Made by a program: the position numbers and the translations under genes | The notes under the pieces: generated by a model | The model's input: only the letters and a program-made list of their open reading frames with translations | What the model was told of the DNA's origin: nothing | Databases searched by the model: none | Source: Macrostomum lignano | Taxonomy: Eukaryota | Direction: 5' to 3' | Assembly (NCBI GenBank): GCA_002269645.1 | Contig: NIVC01000481.1 | Coordinates: 310,001 to 374,000 of the forward strand | DNA length: 64,000 nucleotides | In this document: piece by piece, positions 30,818 through 58,800 of the stretch | Numbering within the stretch: position 1 is the first letter of the stretch | How the letters are laid out: each line of letters starts with the position of its first letter

Positions 30818-31060
30818 TCACGTCGACTGACCACCTTTAGTCTCCTGATACTTGGCCATGCAGACTTTCATTTTTCGAACCTGCTCCTGGCACTGCCGCC
30901 AGTCTCTGTGCTCGGCCATGCACTCCATGACGTCATTGTGCTGGTCCAGACAGCCAGTGCGCTTTAGCATTGCTTCGAAAACATCTTCTTCCTCATCATT
31001 GCTCGGCGTTGGCTTCCAGCTGTGCTTCGACTCTTGCTGCTGCTGCTGCTGGGTAGACAT
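30818..31060 (-). CDS. COA4: Cytochrome c oxidase assembly factor 4 (twin CX9C, CHCHD8 family), 80 aa
   Basis: DEEEDVFEAMLKRTGC-x9-C MAEHRDWRQC-x9-C matches COA4 (EEEDP...SGC...ECM..H.DWRQCQ). ATG at 31060. A probable 5'-UTR intron acceptor lies at 31081-82. Confidence 0.9.
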   Translation of the reverse strand: MSTQQQQQQESKHSWKPTPSNDEEEDVFEAMLKRTGCLDQHNDVMECMAEHRDWRQCQEQVRKMKVCMAKYQETKGGQST

Positions 31061-32044
31061 GGAGGGCAATCAGAATGTTGCTGAAAGAAGAGGTTGTTAA
31101 TCAGCCTATAGACAATGTTTTAGGAGGCTTTCTAAAGCTTGATTAGCTCGTAATTCAACAAATATAATTTGGACCGCTAGTTGGTATTCAGATGATTAAT
31201 AGCACTCTGAAACTTTAGGAAAGTTATTTTTTTCTAGGTAAGAAGGAATATTAAAATTAATAAAAATCGCAGGAGAGTTCTGAGAAGCCTGGCGCAAAAT
31301 TTTTGATGAAATCGTCAAACAATCCAGCACCGGTGCAATTCTGCTCATCCCGCTGACTACTATTGAGCACAGACGCTCGTACAAGCGCGCCAATACTGTC
31401 TGTACACAGGGACGCTCAAACAGGGTGTACAAGGGCCCTGACACATAAGGACCAAATGAATGTGACAGCGCACGGAACAGAACTTGGGGGGGGGGGTCGT
31501 GGCCCTTCCTGTGTTTGACTGGAGATAAGTTTTTTTGCAATTTTAAATGTAGTATTCAAAATACTACTGGATTCTTTTTTCAATTGTAGAATTGCATTGC
31601 CTTAAATGGAGTTTGACGAGAACCATCCGTCGTATGAATCTGTTGGAAAGATGGCAAGAGACGCAGTTCTGGTCGAACTTTACTTGCTTGCTATTCTCGA
31701 GGAGGACTTTTAATTTTTAAAAAATTAAAGTTGATAATAAAACTTTTGAATCACATTCAACAAAAACATACTAAATTTAAATGATGTTCCGAGTCCAGTA
31801 GAACACATTGTAAATTAGCTCGTACTTAGCTTATAAATATTGCAACTAAAATAATCCTTCAACTATAAGGTGATCCTTGAAACATAGCTTACAAGAAAGT
31901 AATTTTCTATGGCCAAGAGACCATTCTTGTTTAGCGTCTAAGAATATTTTGGCGACTTCTCAAAACGACGCGAACGAGCAGACCTGGCTTCCGCGGTAAC
32001 AGAGGCATCAATATTGAATCGGCAGACAAAGACAGTCGCTTAGC

Positions 32045-34991
32045 ATGCGTCGAAGAAGTTGCAGCCATCTTCTCAACAGATCATCCGATAAAACGGTTGA
32101 CAAAACTGCCAGCGAGAAGCAATGCAATTACAAAGTGGTTGCCCTGGGCAACAGCGGGACAGGCAAGACTTGGCTAATCGAACGATTGATGGCTCGACAA
32201 AAGCAGAGACGTAAGTCGAATGTAATCTAACATGGATTTCTGAGTCTTCTGACGTGGATTAAAGTAATTAATAACTAAGGCAATTTATGCTGCCCTGTCC
32301 ATGTTGGTTCAGTGACTTCTGAATAGGAGCATTCAGTCGAATAAAAGCATGAAGTTTTACGTCAGAAAAGTTAAATGTCGGTACCATCATAGCGTCGAAA
32401 TAGCAATGTCGTCGAAGTTTCACATTGTCGAGAACCAGAATTCGGGTTATCCTTTTCTCTATAAATATATATATTATAAAATTCCTAAAAATTTCCTTCG
32501 TAGTGTCTAACTTCATTCATAAACATTCCATTGTTAGAACATTAACAGTCGCAACTCTTTGTTTTTAATTTCTTTCCATATACTGATCCGACAGACAGCC
32601 TTCTCTGCAGATTTTCTTATAAGCTTCTTTCATTTGCCAAATGCTCATTTGTTTGAGGAATTATCGTACGTGACCAACCGGCACCTGCCAAATGGACGCT
32701 GAGCATGCATGTCCATTTTTATTCATTTCAATTTCAATTTCGACAATGTCAAATTTCCACAGTGAGAAAGCGACTCCTATAGGTGTCGAAAATTTAAGTT
32801 TTGATATTTTAAAGTATTTTAAAGTTCCTATTAAAGTCCAATCTCTATTTATGTCCAGCCTCAGCTGACCCTAAATTTCCATTTTCGGTCAGTTAGCGCA
32901 CAATACTCAAGGTCGGTCAGTTAGCGCACAATACTCAAGGTCTTATAAAATCGAATAATCTAAGAAGTTTAATTCGAGTGGGTCAACACTCAATCTTAAT
33001 AGCTGCATGACCAAAATTATCGATCAAAAAACCACATTTAACAGCGTACAAGAACTACTTTTCGGACAGTCCATTAGCAACCAACGATGTCGCGGAGTCG
33101 GATGGCACAATCGGCGTGACAGTCAATCTGTGCAAAGTTCGTCTGATTGACAATCAAAGTGCCGCCCAAGCAGGCTGCAGCAAAGGCGGAGTCGGCAAAA
33201 CCGTCCTGTTACACCTGTGGGACACTTCGGGCAAGCCAAGGTATCGCAATCTGATTCGCAACTATATTACGGACGCGCATTGCGTCATTCTAGCATACAA
33301 TCCTGCCGAGGGCTTCGAGGCGGCCCAGCGCGATCTGGCCAGCTGGTACAGCTTCGTTAAGGAGGCGAAAAGAAAAGTGTCCATGACGTTGGGAGGCGAT
33401 ACGGCGGAATCGCTAGCTCGAATGGTCGGCAAGCAGCAAGCGGAGCAAGGTAATTCTCCATAATATTTACAGGGATCATTACGCAAAAGTATCATGCTTT
33501 TTAACTTTTAAGCTCAAGCTCGGAAAACGTAACCAAGGACTCAAGTAGGGTAATTGCTCGGATAACGTAACCAAGGACTCAAGTAGGGTAATTGCTCGGA
33601 TAACGTAACCAAGGACTCAAGTAGGGTAATTGCTCGGATAACGTAACCAAGGACTCAAGTAGGGTAATTGCTCGGATAACGTAACCAAGGACTCAAGTAG
33701 GGTAATTGCTCGGATAATGTAGCCAAGGACTCCAGAGCAATCGCTCAGTGAATGTAGCCAAGGACTCCAGAGCAATCGCTCGGAGAATTGTAGCCAAGGA
33801 CACCAGAGCAATCGCTCGGAGAATTGTAGCCAAGGACTCCAGAGCAATCGCTCGGAGAATTGTAGCCAAGGACACCAGAGCAATCGCTCGGAGAATTGTA
33901 GCCAAGGACTCCAGAGCAATCGCTCGGAGAATTGTAGCCAAGGACACCAGAGCAATCGCTCGGAGAATTGTAGCCAAGGACACCAGAGCAATCGCTCGGA
34001 GAATTGTAGCCAAGGACTCCAGAGTAATCGCTCGGAGAATTGTAGCCAAGGACTCCAGAGTAATCGCTCGGAGAATTGTAGCCAAGGACTCCCAGAGTAA
34101 TCGCTCGGAGAATTGTAGCCAAGGACACCAGAGCAATCGCTCGGAGAATTGTAGCCAAGGACACCAGAGCAATCGCTCGGAGAATTGTAGCCAAGGACTC
34201 CAGAGCAATCGCTCGGAGAATTGTAGCCAAGGACTCCAGAGCAATCGCTCGGAGAATTGTAGCCAAGGACACCAGAGCAATCGCTTGGAGAATTGTAGCC
34301 AAGGACTCCAGAGCAATCGCTCGGAGAATTGTAGCCAAGGACTCCAGAGCAATCGCTCGGAGAATGTAGCTAAGAAACTAAGGGGAATTTCTCGGACAGC
34401 AAATATTCCAGTAGTCTGAGTAGCCTTGAGTACATCCAAAGGGCGAAAAGGCTCAAGGGAATGGTTGAATTAAAGTTATATCTGACTCTATACCGAACTC
34501 AGAAAACACAACACCTAGCAAGATCCCGAAATTTCACCTCGCCGCAACAAGCAGACCTCTCTGCCCTGCCAATAATCGTGGCGATCTCTAGCGGCACCTG
34601 CGCCTACAGTTTAAGCGAAACCGCACAAGCCGGAGTGAATTTTGGCCGGGTATTTGCCAGCTCAGTGTGCGGCCGATTCTATTTAGTACAGCGACCGTCC
34701 AGCTGCCTACTGCCTCATCGATGCCAGCATCAACACGGCGATTGCGTTCAGCAACTTATTGGACATCGTCTGACCTCGCAGCTGCTAGCCGAAGTGCTTC
34801 TACACCACCAACGGTCTAGACAGCACCGGAAACAGCGTCAGCGGGAACAACTGGAGAAGGCTCAATCGCGACAGCAGAGCCTGCTGCTACTCAGCGGACC
34901 AGACGAGCTCGGAGAAGACGACGACAACCGGTGTAAATTTTGGTGTCGTCGAATATTCGGATGCCAACGCAAGAAAGGCGTGAAGGCTTGA
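32045..34991 (+). CDS. Highly divergent Rab-like GTPase (Rab27-like features), probably 4 exons
   Basis: Model: join(32045..32210,32611..32665,33070..33449,34552..34991), phases 1,2,1. Exon 2 and the aag acceptor of exon 4 are tentative. Motifs KVVALGNSGTGKT, GTIG, LWDTSGKPRYRNLIRNY and CVILAYN; G4/G5 degenerate (LPIIVAISSG). Confidence 0.65.
33527..34370. repeat. 38-bp changing to 36-bp minisatellite in the Rab-like gene intron
   Basis: aaccaaggactcaagtagggtaattgctcggataacgt, then agccaaggactccagagcaatcgctcggagaattgt. Confidence 0.95.
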
Positions 34992-35149
34992 CAGTATGGG
35001 CAATAATTATTCTTTTGATAACAAATAATTAGAATATAAAAAATTGAGCGCGTTTTAACAAGTATACAATAAAAAATACCGTAGAATACAAGTGTACAAA
35101 CATCAACTCAAAACTAGTAGCGTGCCTTTTGTATATAGTGTCGCAATAT

Positions 35150-35520
35150 TGGCACACCAATCACACAGAAGTTACACACCAATCACACAAAAGTGGCACA
35201 CCAATCACACAGTAATGACACACCAATAACACAGAAGTGGCACACCAATCACACAGAAGTGGCACACCAATCACACAGAAGTGGCACACCAATCACACAG
35301 AAGTGGCACACCAATCACACAGAAGTGGCACACCAATCACACAGAAGTGGCACAGTATTCACACAGAGGAGTGACACACCAATCACACACAGGAGTGGCA
35401 CAACAATCACAAAGAAGTCCCACACCAATCACACAGAGGAGTGACACAACCCAATCACACAGAGGAGTGACACAACAATGACACAGATGTGACACAACAA
35501 TCACACAGGAGTGGCACACC
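35150..35520. repeat. 22-bp minisatellite (acagaagtggcacaccaatcac)
   Basis: Period 22 (35231 to 35253). Confidence 0.9.
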
Positions 35521-36949
35521 TGAGAAGACACCTGAGAAAAAAAGGTAGCTGAATGCAAGCAGAGCCATAATACGCATAATCAGATTCATACTTAAACTAT
35601 AATTATAAGAACTACAAAATTACAAAAACTGCCTATGACAAATTATCCATAGCGATAAAACTGATTGCATTGTAATATTGTATTGCGGTCATTAATTCAC
35701 TGGATAATTTCTCTTTTGATAATTTGTGCACAATTGAAGCTAACTATATCAATTGAGTGGACATAAATTAAGTAAATAAGGCTTCGGTGTTTATCTAAAA
35801 TTTTCCAACTATTTTGTTAAATTATTTAGTTACTTGTTAAAAATAAAGACAAAAAATAGATTTAAAAACTTTTCTGCGGACATACTAATCGAGAGAATTA
35901 GATGACACAAAGATCTCTTCTCTGTACCCGCAACTTTTATTAGTCCGTTTAAGTAATTGCATAACTTATACATTTACAGCCAGTTTGCGTAAAGATAAAA
36001 CACTAAAAAACACACACAATGAGCATATAAATGTATTGTTAGAGTGAGTTATATAAATATACATTATAATATTTTCCAATCACCAAGAGACCAAAGGCGC
36101 ATGAAGAGAAAGAAGACAGCATTAAAAACTAGAAAATATACTAAGAAGTAATCTGCATTAACATGCATAGATTGTATATGTATAGTGCAGAGCGACTTGA
36201 TTTCAAAGTGCCAATTAAATTTAATCATTAAATTATTGCACTTAATTGATCACCAATTTCCATTTCGGGAGTGAAAGACGACCCGACCTTTAATGAATTG
36301 TTCTTTTAATAAAACGGCTTTAGAGTAAGGAATGTATATACATATATCAGGCTAAAAGCGGTTAATGAATAAAACAATAAATAATAATAACACAATTCGC
36401 TGACAGACCCTTATTGCACTACTGTCAGTAGCTCAGTAGAGTTTTATTAATAAAAACAGAAATGTTTATAGTAGATTGCTAAAAATGTACTTCTCTTAAT
36501 ACAATATTTTACAATATTGCACATCAGAGTCGGAATGTAAAACTTTCTAATTAAAAGTCGTCACATTATTCGTAACTAAACTCCCAGGTTAAAACGAACC
36601 AGTGCAAAGGAAATTAAGCAAAAAAAAACTAAAGAAAAAGTGTGTTGCCTTACGGAATGCACGAGGGTCCAAGTTCTGACACAGATTGAACAGACCATAA
36701 ACACAGAAATGTAAAACATGTCTTATAATTCACATGATGCAGCTCAGAACACAGAAAACGGCCTGATGAGCAAGACATGGCACATTTAAAGTTCACACCG
36801 ACTTCTGCCTACCTAGACAAAAGGCCCCTTACATGTAGGTGTTTTTTAGATCTTAAAAATAAATTGTTGATTTCAAATTCTCACACCCATTGAGTCCCTT
36901 TATAAATTAAAGGTCTCAAAATTTAACCATTGAAACAAAGACGAATACT

Positions 36950-37500
36950 AAATCTCACCCCTAAAACTAGATATTTCAAAATCTCACCCCTAAAACTAGA
37001 TATTTCAAAATCTCACCCCTAAAACTGGATATTTTAAAATCTCACCCCTAAAACTGGATATTTTAAAATCTCACCCCTAAAACTGGATATTTCAAAATCT
37101 CACCCCTACAGATTGAAAATTTCAAATCTCACCCCTAAAAACTGGAAATTTCAAATTCTCACCCCCTAAAAACTGGAAATTTCAAATTCTCACCCCCTAA
37201 AAGCTGGAAATTTCAAATTCTCACCCCCTAAAAACTGAAAATTTCAAATTCTCACCCCCTAAAAGCTGGAAATTTCAAATTCCCACCCCCTAAAAACTGG
37301 AAATTTCAAATTCTCACCCCCTAAAAACTGAAAATTTCAAATTCTCACCCCCTAAAAGCTGGAAATTTCAAATTCTCACCCCCTAAAAACTGAAAATTTC
37401 AAATTCTCACCCCCTAAAAGCTGGAAATTTCAAATTTCCACCCCCTAAAAACTGAAAATTTCAAATTCTCACCCCTAAAAGCTGGAAATTTCAAATTCTT
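36950..37500. repeat. 29-31-bp minisatellite (ctcacccc[c]taaaactggaaatttcaaatt)
   Basis: Direct reading. Confidence 0.92.
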
Positions 37501-37849
37501 ACCCTCTCACCCTCTACAATTGGAAAATAAAAAATCCCACCTTCTATAATTCAGCCATTAAAAATACGATATCTGAAAGGGTGTAATGAAATGCACAAAT
37601 GACTAAATAGATATGGTGAGAGTGACAGGACTATTGAATCGCATGATGAGGAATGCCGTTTTTTGCCGTCTTTTTGCATTAATCGATGAAATGGTCAGTC
37701 AGTTTAGCAATAAATAAATAAACAAATAACTGAGACAACAAATAGGGGACAAAAAGGCCAATAGAAAAAAAATTTCGGAAAGCAGGTGGTCGAGGTTAAA
37801 GACAGACAGACAGACTGACTGACCCATGCCACAGTGCAATGGTGAAGAC

Positions 37850-53460
<15,611 letters not shown>

Positions 53461-53614
53461 TGTGTGTTGCTCAAATTAATATAAAAAATATCTTCTAACG
53501 AGACCCTTTCTCCTATAACAGGTCTTTAGTTTAGTCAGTGACGTTTCAGCCATGGATTAAAGGCACGTTGCTAGGGTTAATAACACATTCTATTTTGCTG
53601 TACTGAAACGATGG

Positions 53615-53939
53615 TAGGAGGGGGGGTTGGTGGATGGCCCTCAGTATGTGCGCGGGTTGGGCCTGACTGGCCGGGGCCCACGTGAATGAAAGAGAGGGGA
53701 GAGAGGGGAAGAGAGTGGGAAGGGAAACTCTTCAAGTCTCTCCCAAGCTTTAACTGGTTGCCCTTGACAACGAAAGCAACTGGCTGATAGAATGCATTAA
53801 TAACATCGAGAGACGAAAAAATGTAGGGTATGGAGAGGGGGGGGCAGAATTCTGACTGTACAATCAGCCCTACTCTACGCCTCTCCCTTGCCTCACCTAC
53901 GAGCTTAAAATCGCAGCTATTCAACCCCCCCCCCTCCTA
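53615..53939. mobile_element. Putative 325-bp MITE with poly-G TIRs
   Basis: TAGGAGGGGGGGTTG at 53615 and CAACCCCCCCCCCTCCTA ending at 53939; TA at both ends; non-coding interior. Confidence 0.4.
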
Positions 53940-54378
53940 GCAGCAGCAGCTCCCACTCCCCATCTGCCCCACCCCCTCCCGCTGAGTCAGATGCCGGAAC
54001 CAAGTCTCGCCCTAAGAGCTGAGGGAGACCAGATAGACAGATAGATTTGATAGTAGGATAGACAGGTGAGCAGAGACAAAATAAAGCCAGAGTCAGTGAG
54101 GCAGACTTAGCTACAAGGACAATGGCAGTGCCAGAGCGAGAGCAGTGTACACAGTAGCTAAACTTCCAAGAGTACATTCAAATTTAAAAATGCCTACCTT
54201 TCAGTAACTGAAGGAACAAAATTGCTTCCTTCCTAGCATACAAAAAGACAATGCTTAGCATTAAGTTGTCAAGGCCTATATGGTACTTTATGTCTCGGGT
54301 TAAAATATTTGACTAAAAAATATTTTTTATAATGTGAAATTACATAAAAACGACTCTGCGTAAAATGCATCTAAACTT

Positions 54379-55066
54379 TGAGGTCATGACCCGCTGTTCA
54401 TCTCTGAAACATCAAAATGCAACTCAGCATTGAGGTCATGACCCGCTGTCCATCTCTGAAACATCAAAATGCATCTCAACATTGAGGTCATGACCCGCTG
54501 TCCATCTCTAAAACATCAAAATGCAACTCGACATTGAGGTCATGACCCGCTGTCCATCTCTGAAACATCAAAATGCAACTCGACATTGAGGTCATGACTC
54601 GCTGTCCATCTCTGAAACATCAAAATGCAACTCGACATTGAGGTCATGACCCGCTGTCCATCTCTGAAACATCAAAATGCAACTCGACATTGAGGTCATG
54701 ACTCGCTGTCCATCTCTGAAACATCAAAATGCAACTCGACATTGAGGTCATGACCCGCTGTCCATCTCTGAAACATCAAAATGCAACTCGACATTGAGGT
54801 CATGACCCGCTGTCCATCTCTGAAACATCAAAATGCAACTCGACATTGAGGTCATGACCCGCTGTCCATCTCTGAAACATCAAAATGCAACTCGACATTG
54901 AGGTCATGACCCGCTGTCCATCTCTGAAACATCAAAATGCAACTCAACATTGAGGTCATGACCCGCTGTCCATCTCTGAAACATCAAAATGCAACTATAC
55001 ATTAAGGTCATGACCCGCTGTCCATCTCTGAAACATCAAAATGCAACTCAGCATTGAGGTCATGAG
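54379..55066. repeat. 52-bp minisatellite, about 13 copies
   Basis: tgaggtcatgacccgctgtccatctctgaaacatcaaaatgcaactcgacat; period 52 (54379 to 54431). Confidence 0.96.
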
Positions 55067-55132
55067 GTCTTACTCTTTGCTTTGTCATGACCCGCTCTTT
55101 ATCTCGCAAGAGAAAAAGTCAGAACTGCTCAC

Positions 55133-55556
55133 CGATTCCACAACTCTGTTGCCCAGCTCAGACTGTCGAGGTGAGTCAGCCGAGCCAGAAGCAACAATAC
55201 CGTCTTGACCAACGCCGCTGCTGCCACCACCAGACGCGGTTGAAGCGGCAGCGGCAGGGACCGCGGGGGCGGCAGTCGAAGAGTTCGCTGACGTGGCAGC
55301 AGCGGACATCCGAGACGGTTTAAAGGGCAATTTGGACTTTGAAATTGGAGCACTATGGTTAGTAGTGGCAGCTGTGGGCACAGCTGACTGATGCTGAGAT
55401 GAAGCTGGCTGCAGAATCGAATCCGCTGCCGCAAAGGAGCCGCTGATGACGGAGCCTGACACCATTGACGCAGCGTCCGCGTCTAGCGAAGGGTTCGTCA
55501 TCATCTGGTAGCCTTTGAGGGGACTGCGGCTGCGGCCGGCTGACTTCACTTTGTCC
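55133..55556 (-). CDS. Probable additional upstream exon of the ABCG gene (Ser/Ala-rich, low complexity)
   Basis: GC-rich open frame with acceptor ccgtgcag| (55557-58), ATGs at 55504 and 55501, and a phase-0 donor TCG|gtgagc. It would join in frame to 53469 only through a weak gag acceptor. Confidence 0.45.
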
Positions 55557-55692
55557 CTGCACGGTCGGGGAGGCGAGCAAAGTCAGTGGGAATGCGGGCT
55601 TACTGAGCTGTCTTTAGGAACTATTCAAAAGTAGAAGAGAATTCACAGCGTTAATTAAATAGAAAGAAAGTGGAAGCTGTACCTTAATATGG

Positions 55693-55755
55693 AGGACAGA
55701 CAGACAGACAAACAGACAGACAGAAAAACAGACGGACAGACAGACAAACAGACAA

Positions 55756-55801
<46 letters not shown>

Positions 55802-55802
55802 C

Positions 55803-55886
<84 letters not shown>

Positions 55887-55887
55887 G
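55693..55887. repeat. (GACA)n microsatellite
   Basis: Direct reading. Confidence 0.97.
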
Positions 55888-58800
55888 GCAAACAGATGAC
55901 ACTAACAAGCGATATTCAAATGAGATAGAAAGCAAGTTAAGAACAATATAAAAGCAATAGATATCGCAAGTACAAAAAACAGCACAGAATAACAAGAGAG
56001 AAACGCAAGACGCATACAATAGGAAATTAAAATATTGCTCAAAATTGACAGCTGCTTCATAACTAAAACAATGCGACTAAAATCGGCATAGTTCTAAACG
56101 TCTGCGAGTCATTATCGCGCAAAATTAATGGAAAGAGGTGAAGATTTTCATTTGCACTTTTTCCTGCCTAATACAGCTACAGCAAGCACGTTGACAAGGT
56201 GGTAGCCAGGCTTTGCTCTCTGTGTTAACTCGGCAAACGCCAATTATAATGCGAATGAAGTTAAACAGACCGAACAGTCAACCGTCACGCCACGCCTGAC
56301 ACAATTTATTTGTTGCATATCAATCGCCGATTGGAATATAGATAAGTAGAAAGAAGTGCACAGATAGGCCCCAGAGTATTCTTCACTCTTATCTAGGCTA
56401 TTTTTAGCAACACGAAGTCTATAAGATAAAGATGTTGTACCTTCTTAGTAGCCTACTAACAGTAGTGTAATTCGCAGTCGTTTTTATAGAAATTTGAATT
56501 TTTCACTTCAATAATTATAACAATGCACTGTACGAATTTCTCTACCCTTTAGCTTGAAGTTTTGATAGCACATTTGCAAGAATTCACTAATTTTGCAGCA
56601 ATAGAAACGTTGTAAAATTTATTGCACAAACTACAAAACCTAGCCTATTGAATAGTAAAACACTGCATTTTTCTAAGCTAACAGTCTCTACTGATAGACA
56701 GAGTAAGTCTATAGATTTTATAGTAAAGTATTAAAACTACATACTATATAGAAAGTAGCAGTTCTATAATTAAAGGAAATGCTTCTTCAACACAATGGTA
56801 AAATGTACTTACACAGAACACTTGATGAAACTTGATATTGGTAAAATAAAATTAACAGATGAAAAATATTTTTATTCCAAAATTATTACCAATTAAATTG
56901 TTCTACAAAAACTAGATACCACAAACTAAGCAAAAAACAAAGAAAAAAACTTACATTTCAGTTATTGAAGAAATTAATTTTTTCTCTTGAACAGCACTTA
57001 GTTTGGCATTTTCTCCAATGATTCAAGTCAACAACTGAAAATGAGAATTGCTTTTATAAAGCGAAACTTCTATAAAGTTTAGAAATAGCTTCATTTAATT
57101 TTTTGGTCTTAACTATGTCTTAGCTGATTTTTTAATTATATTGTTGTTACTATAACAAAGCTACACAAGATAGAAAACCTAAATAAAGATTTGGCATTTT
57201 ATGAGATAGTAATTGACAGCCAATGGGTATTTTACACTTAATTGTCAAGTTATATTGCTATTTAAAATGCTTCAAGAAAATAACTGGTTTAGATTGGTAA
57301 CTATAAAAAAAATGACTTAATCTAAAAAAGAATTAAAAGACTAGATTGTAGATTCTTGATTTGTTTTACAAACATTTGTACCTATATATTTAGACTATAG
57401 GTGGACTCATATATGCAACTTCTGAAATAACATTAACAATGCAACTTGCTTTAAAAAAATTTTACTTGCATTTGTACAATACTTTAAAAGCAAAAAAATA
57501 TTTAGATTATAAAATTATGCAAAAAGTGTCAAATATGTTAATTTGTCTAAAACTATTAAAAACCAGAAAACTATCAATTCTGTTAGTAGAGTTCCACTGC
57601 AATTAAATTTTTTTCCATATCTATAGGCCTGTCCATAGCCATACGTATAATTTTTCCTATAGCCTATCCATATTCACATATTTACATCTTTAGCCAGTAA
57701 TTTTTTATAACTTCTTACAACTTTCTTGTTGTAGTTGCAATGGACTAACAGCCAGCAATGCTTAGTAAAATGTCATAGAAAAGGGCTATTGGGACTTTTT
57801 GTTACTAGCTATTATAGTTTCAAAAAATTCAATTAGGAATAATGTTCTGCAGATAATGTAGAATCCACTTATGGTGCTTCAATGCCCTTCAACTTGATTG
57901 CATTTTGATTGTTTTCTCTCTTTTCTCCCCTCTTTCCCTCTCCTTTCTTTTCTCTCTTCTCCTTTCTTCTCTTTTTCCTCTCTTCTTTCTATTTCCTCTC
58001 CCTTTTCTGCTCTCTATTCTCTCCTTTTCCCCTTTTCTTCTTGCCCATTTCTCTTTTCCTCTCCACCCTTTACTTTGTCTTCTTCTCTCATTTTTTCTTA
58101 GTATATTGATCTTAGTATCTCAGAACTATATCTAATTATAGTTCTTAGTGTATATATTAATCTATATCTTAGGCCTAGTATTTATCTAGGCAATTCTTCT
58201 GTTCTTTTTATTGGTAGCATTCTAATTGTACTAGTAGCCTTAGTAAAACTTAGTAAATATACTAGCATTCAAGAGCACAAGAATTGCTTGCAGGAGATTT
58301 GACTATCAATATTTTCCTGCCAAGCTTTTCCTAGGGAGATTTGCCCACAGTGTATTTTGCCCATCAGTAAATTGCCCATTAAGATTTGATTTCCAAGAAT
58401 TGCCAATTAGATTTGCCCATAGTGCAATTTACCTATGAGTGAATTGCCTATGGCTATAAGTGAATTAATTGCCTACTAAGTTACTTTCCTAAGAAGGTTT
58501 GCCTGCAATGCATTTTTATTATTTTTACTAAGAAAAATATGAATTTGATATGCAGTTACTATCAAAATGTTTTAAGTTAGGTAAATCTTTTTATTAAGAC
58601 TTACTAAGCATTTAGAAGGCAATAAACACAAAATCCGCTATCTAGCTAAATTTACTAGAGGAAAAAAGCATTGCCAACAAACCTAGGTAAGGTAGAAATT
58701 TAATAGGTAATTTGCTTGTAGTTTACTTGTAGGCAAATTGTACTGCAGGCAAATCTTGATAGGCAAGTTATCTATAGGCAATTATCATAGACCCATAGCA

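Noticed and set aside
33617-34439. Four overlapping periodic ORFs
   Set aside because: They are the 36-bp intronic repeat read in several frames.
57190-57320. Faint Helitron Rep-like peptide (IDSQWVFY...)
   Set aside because: Several stops and too few matching residues to call.
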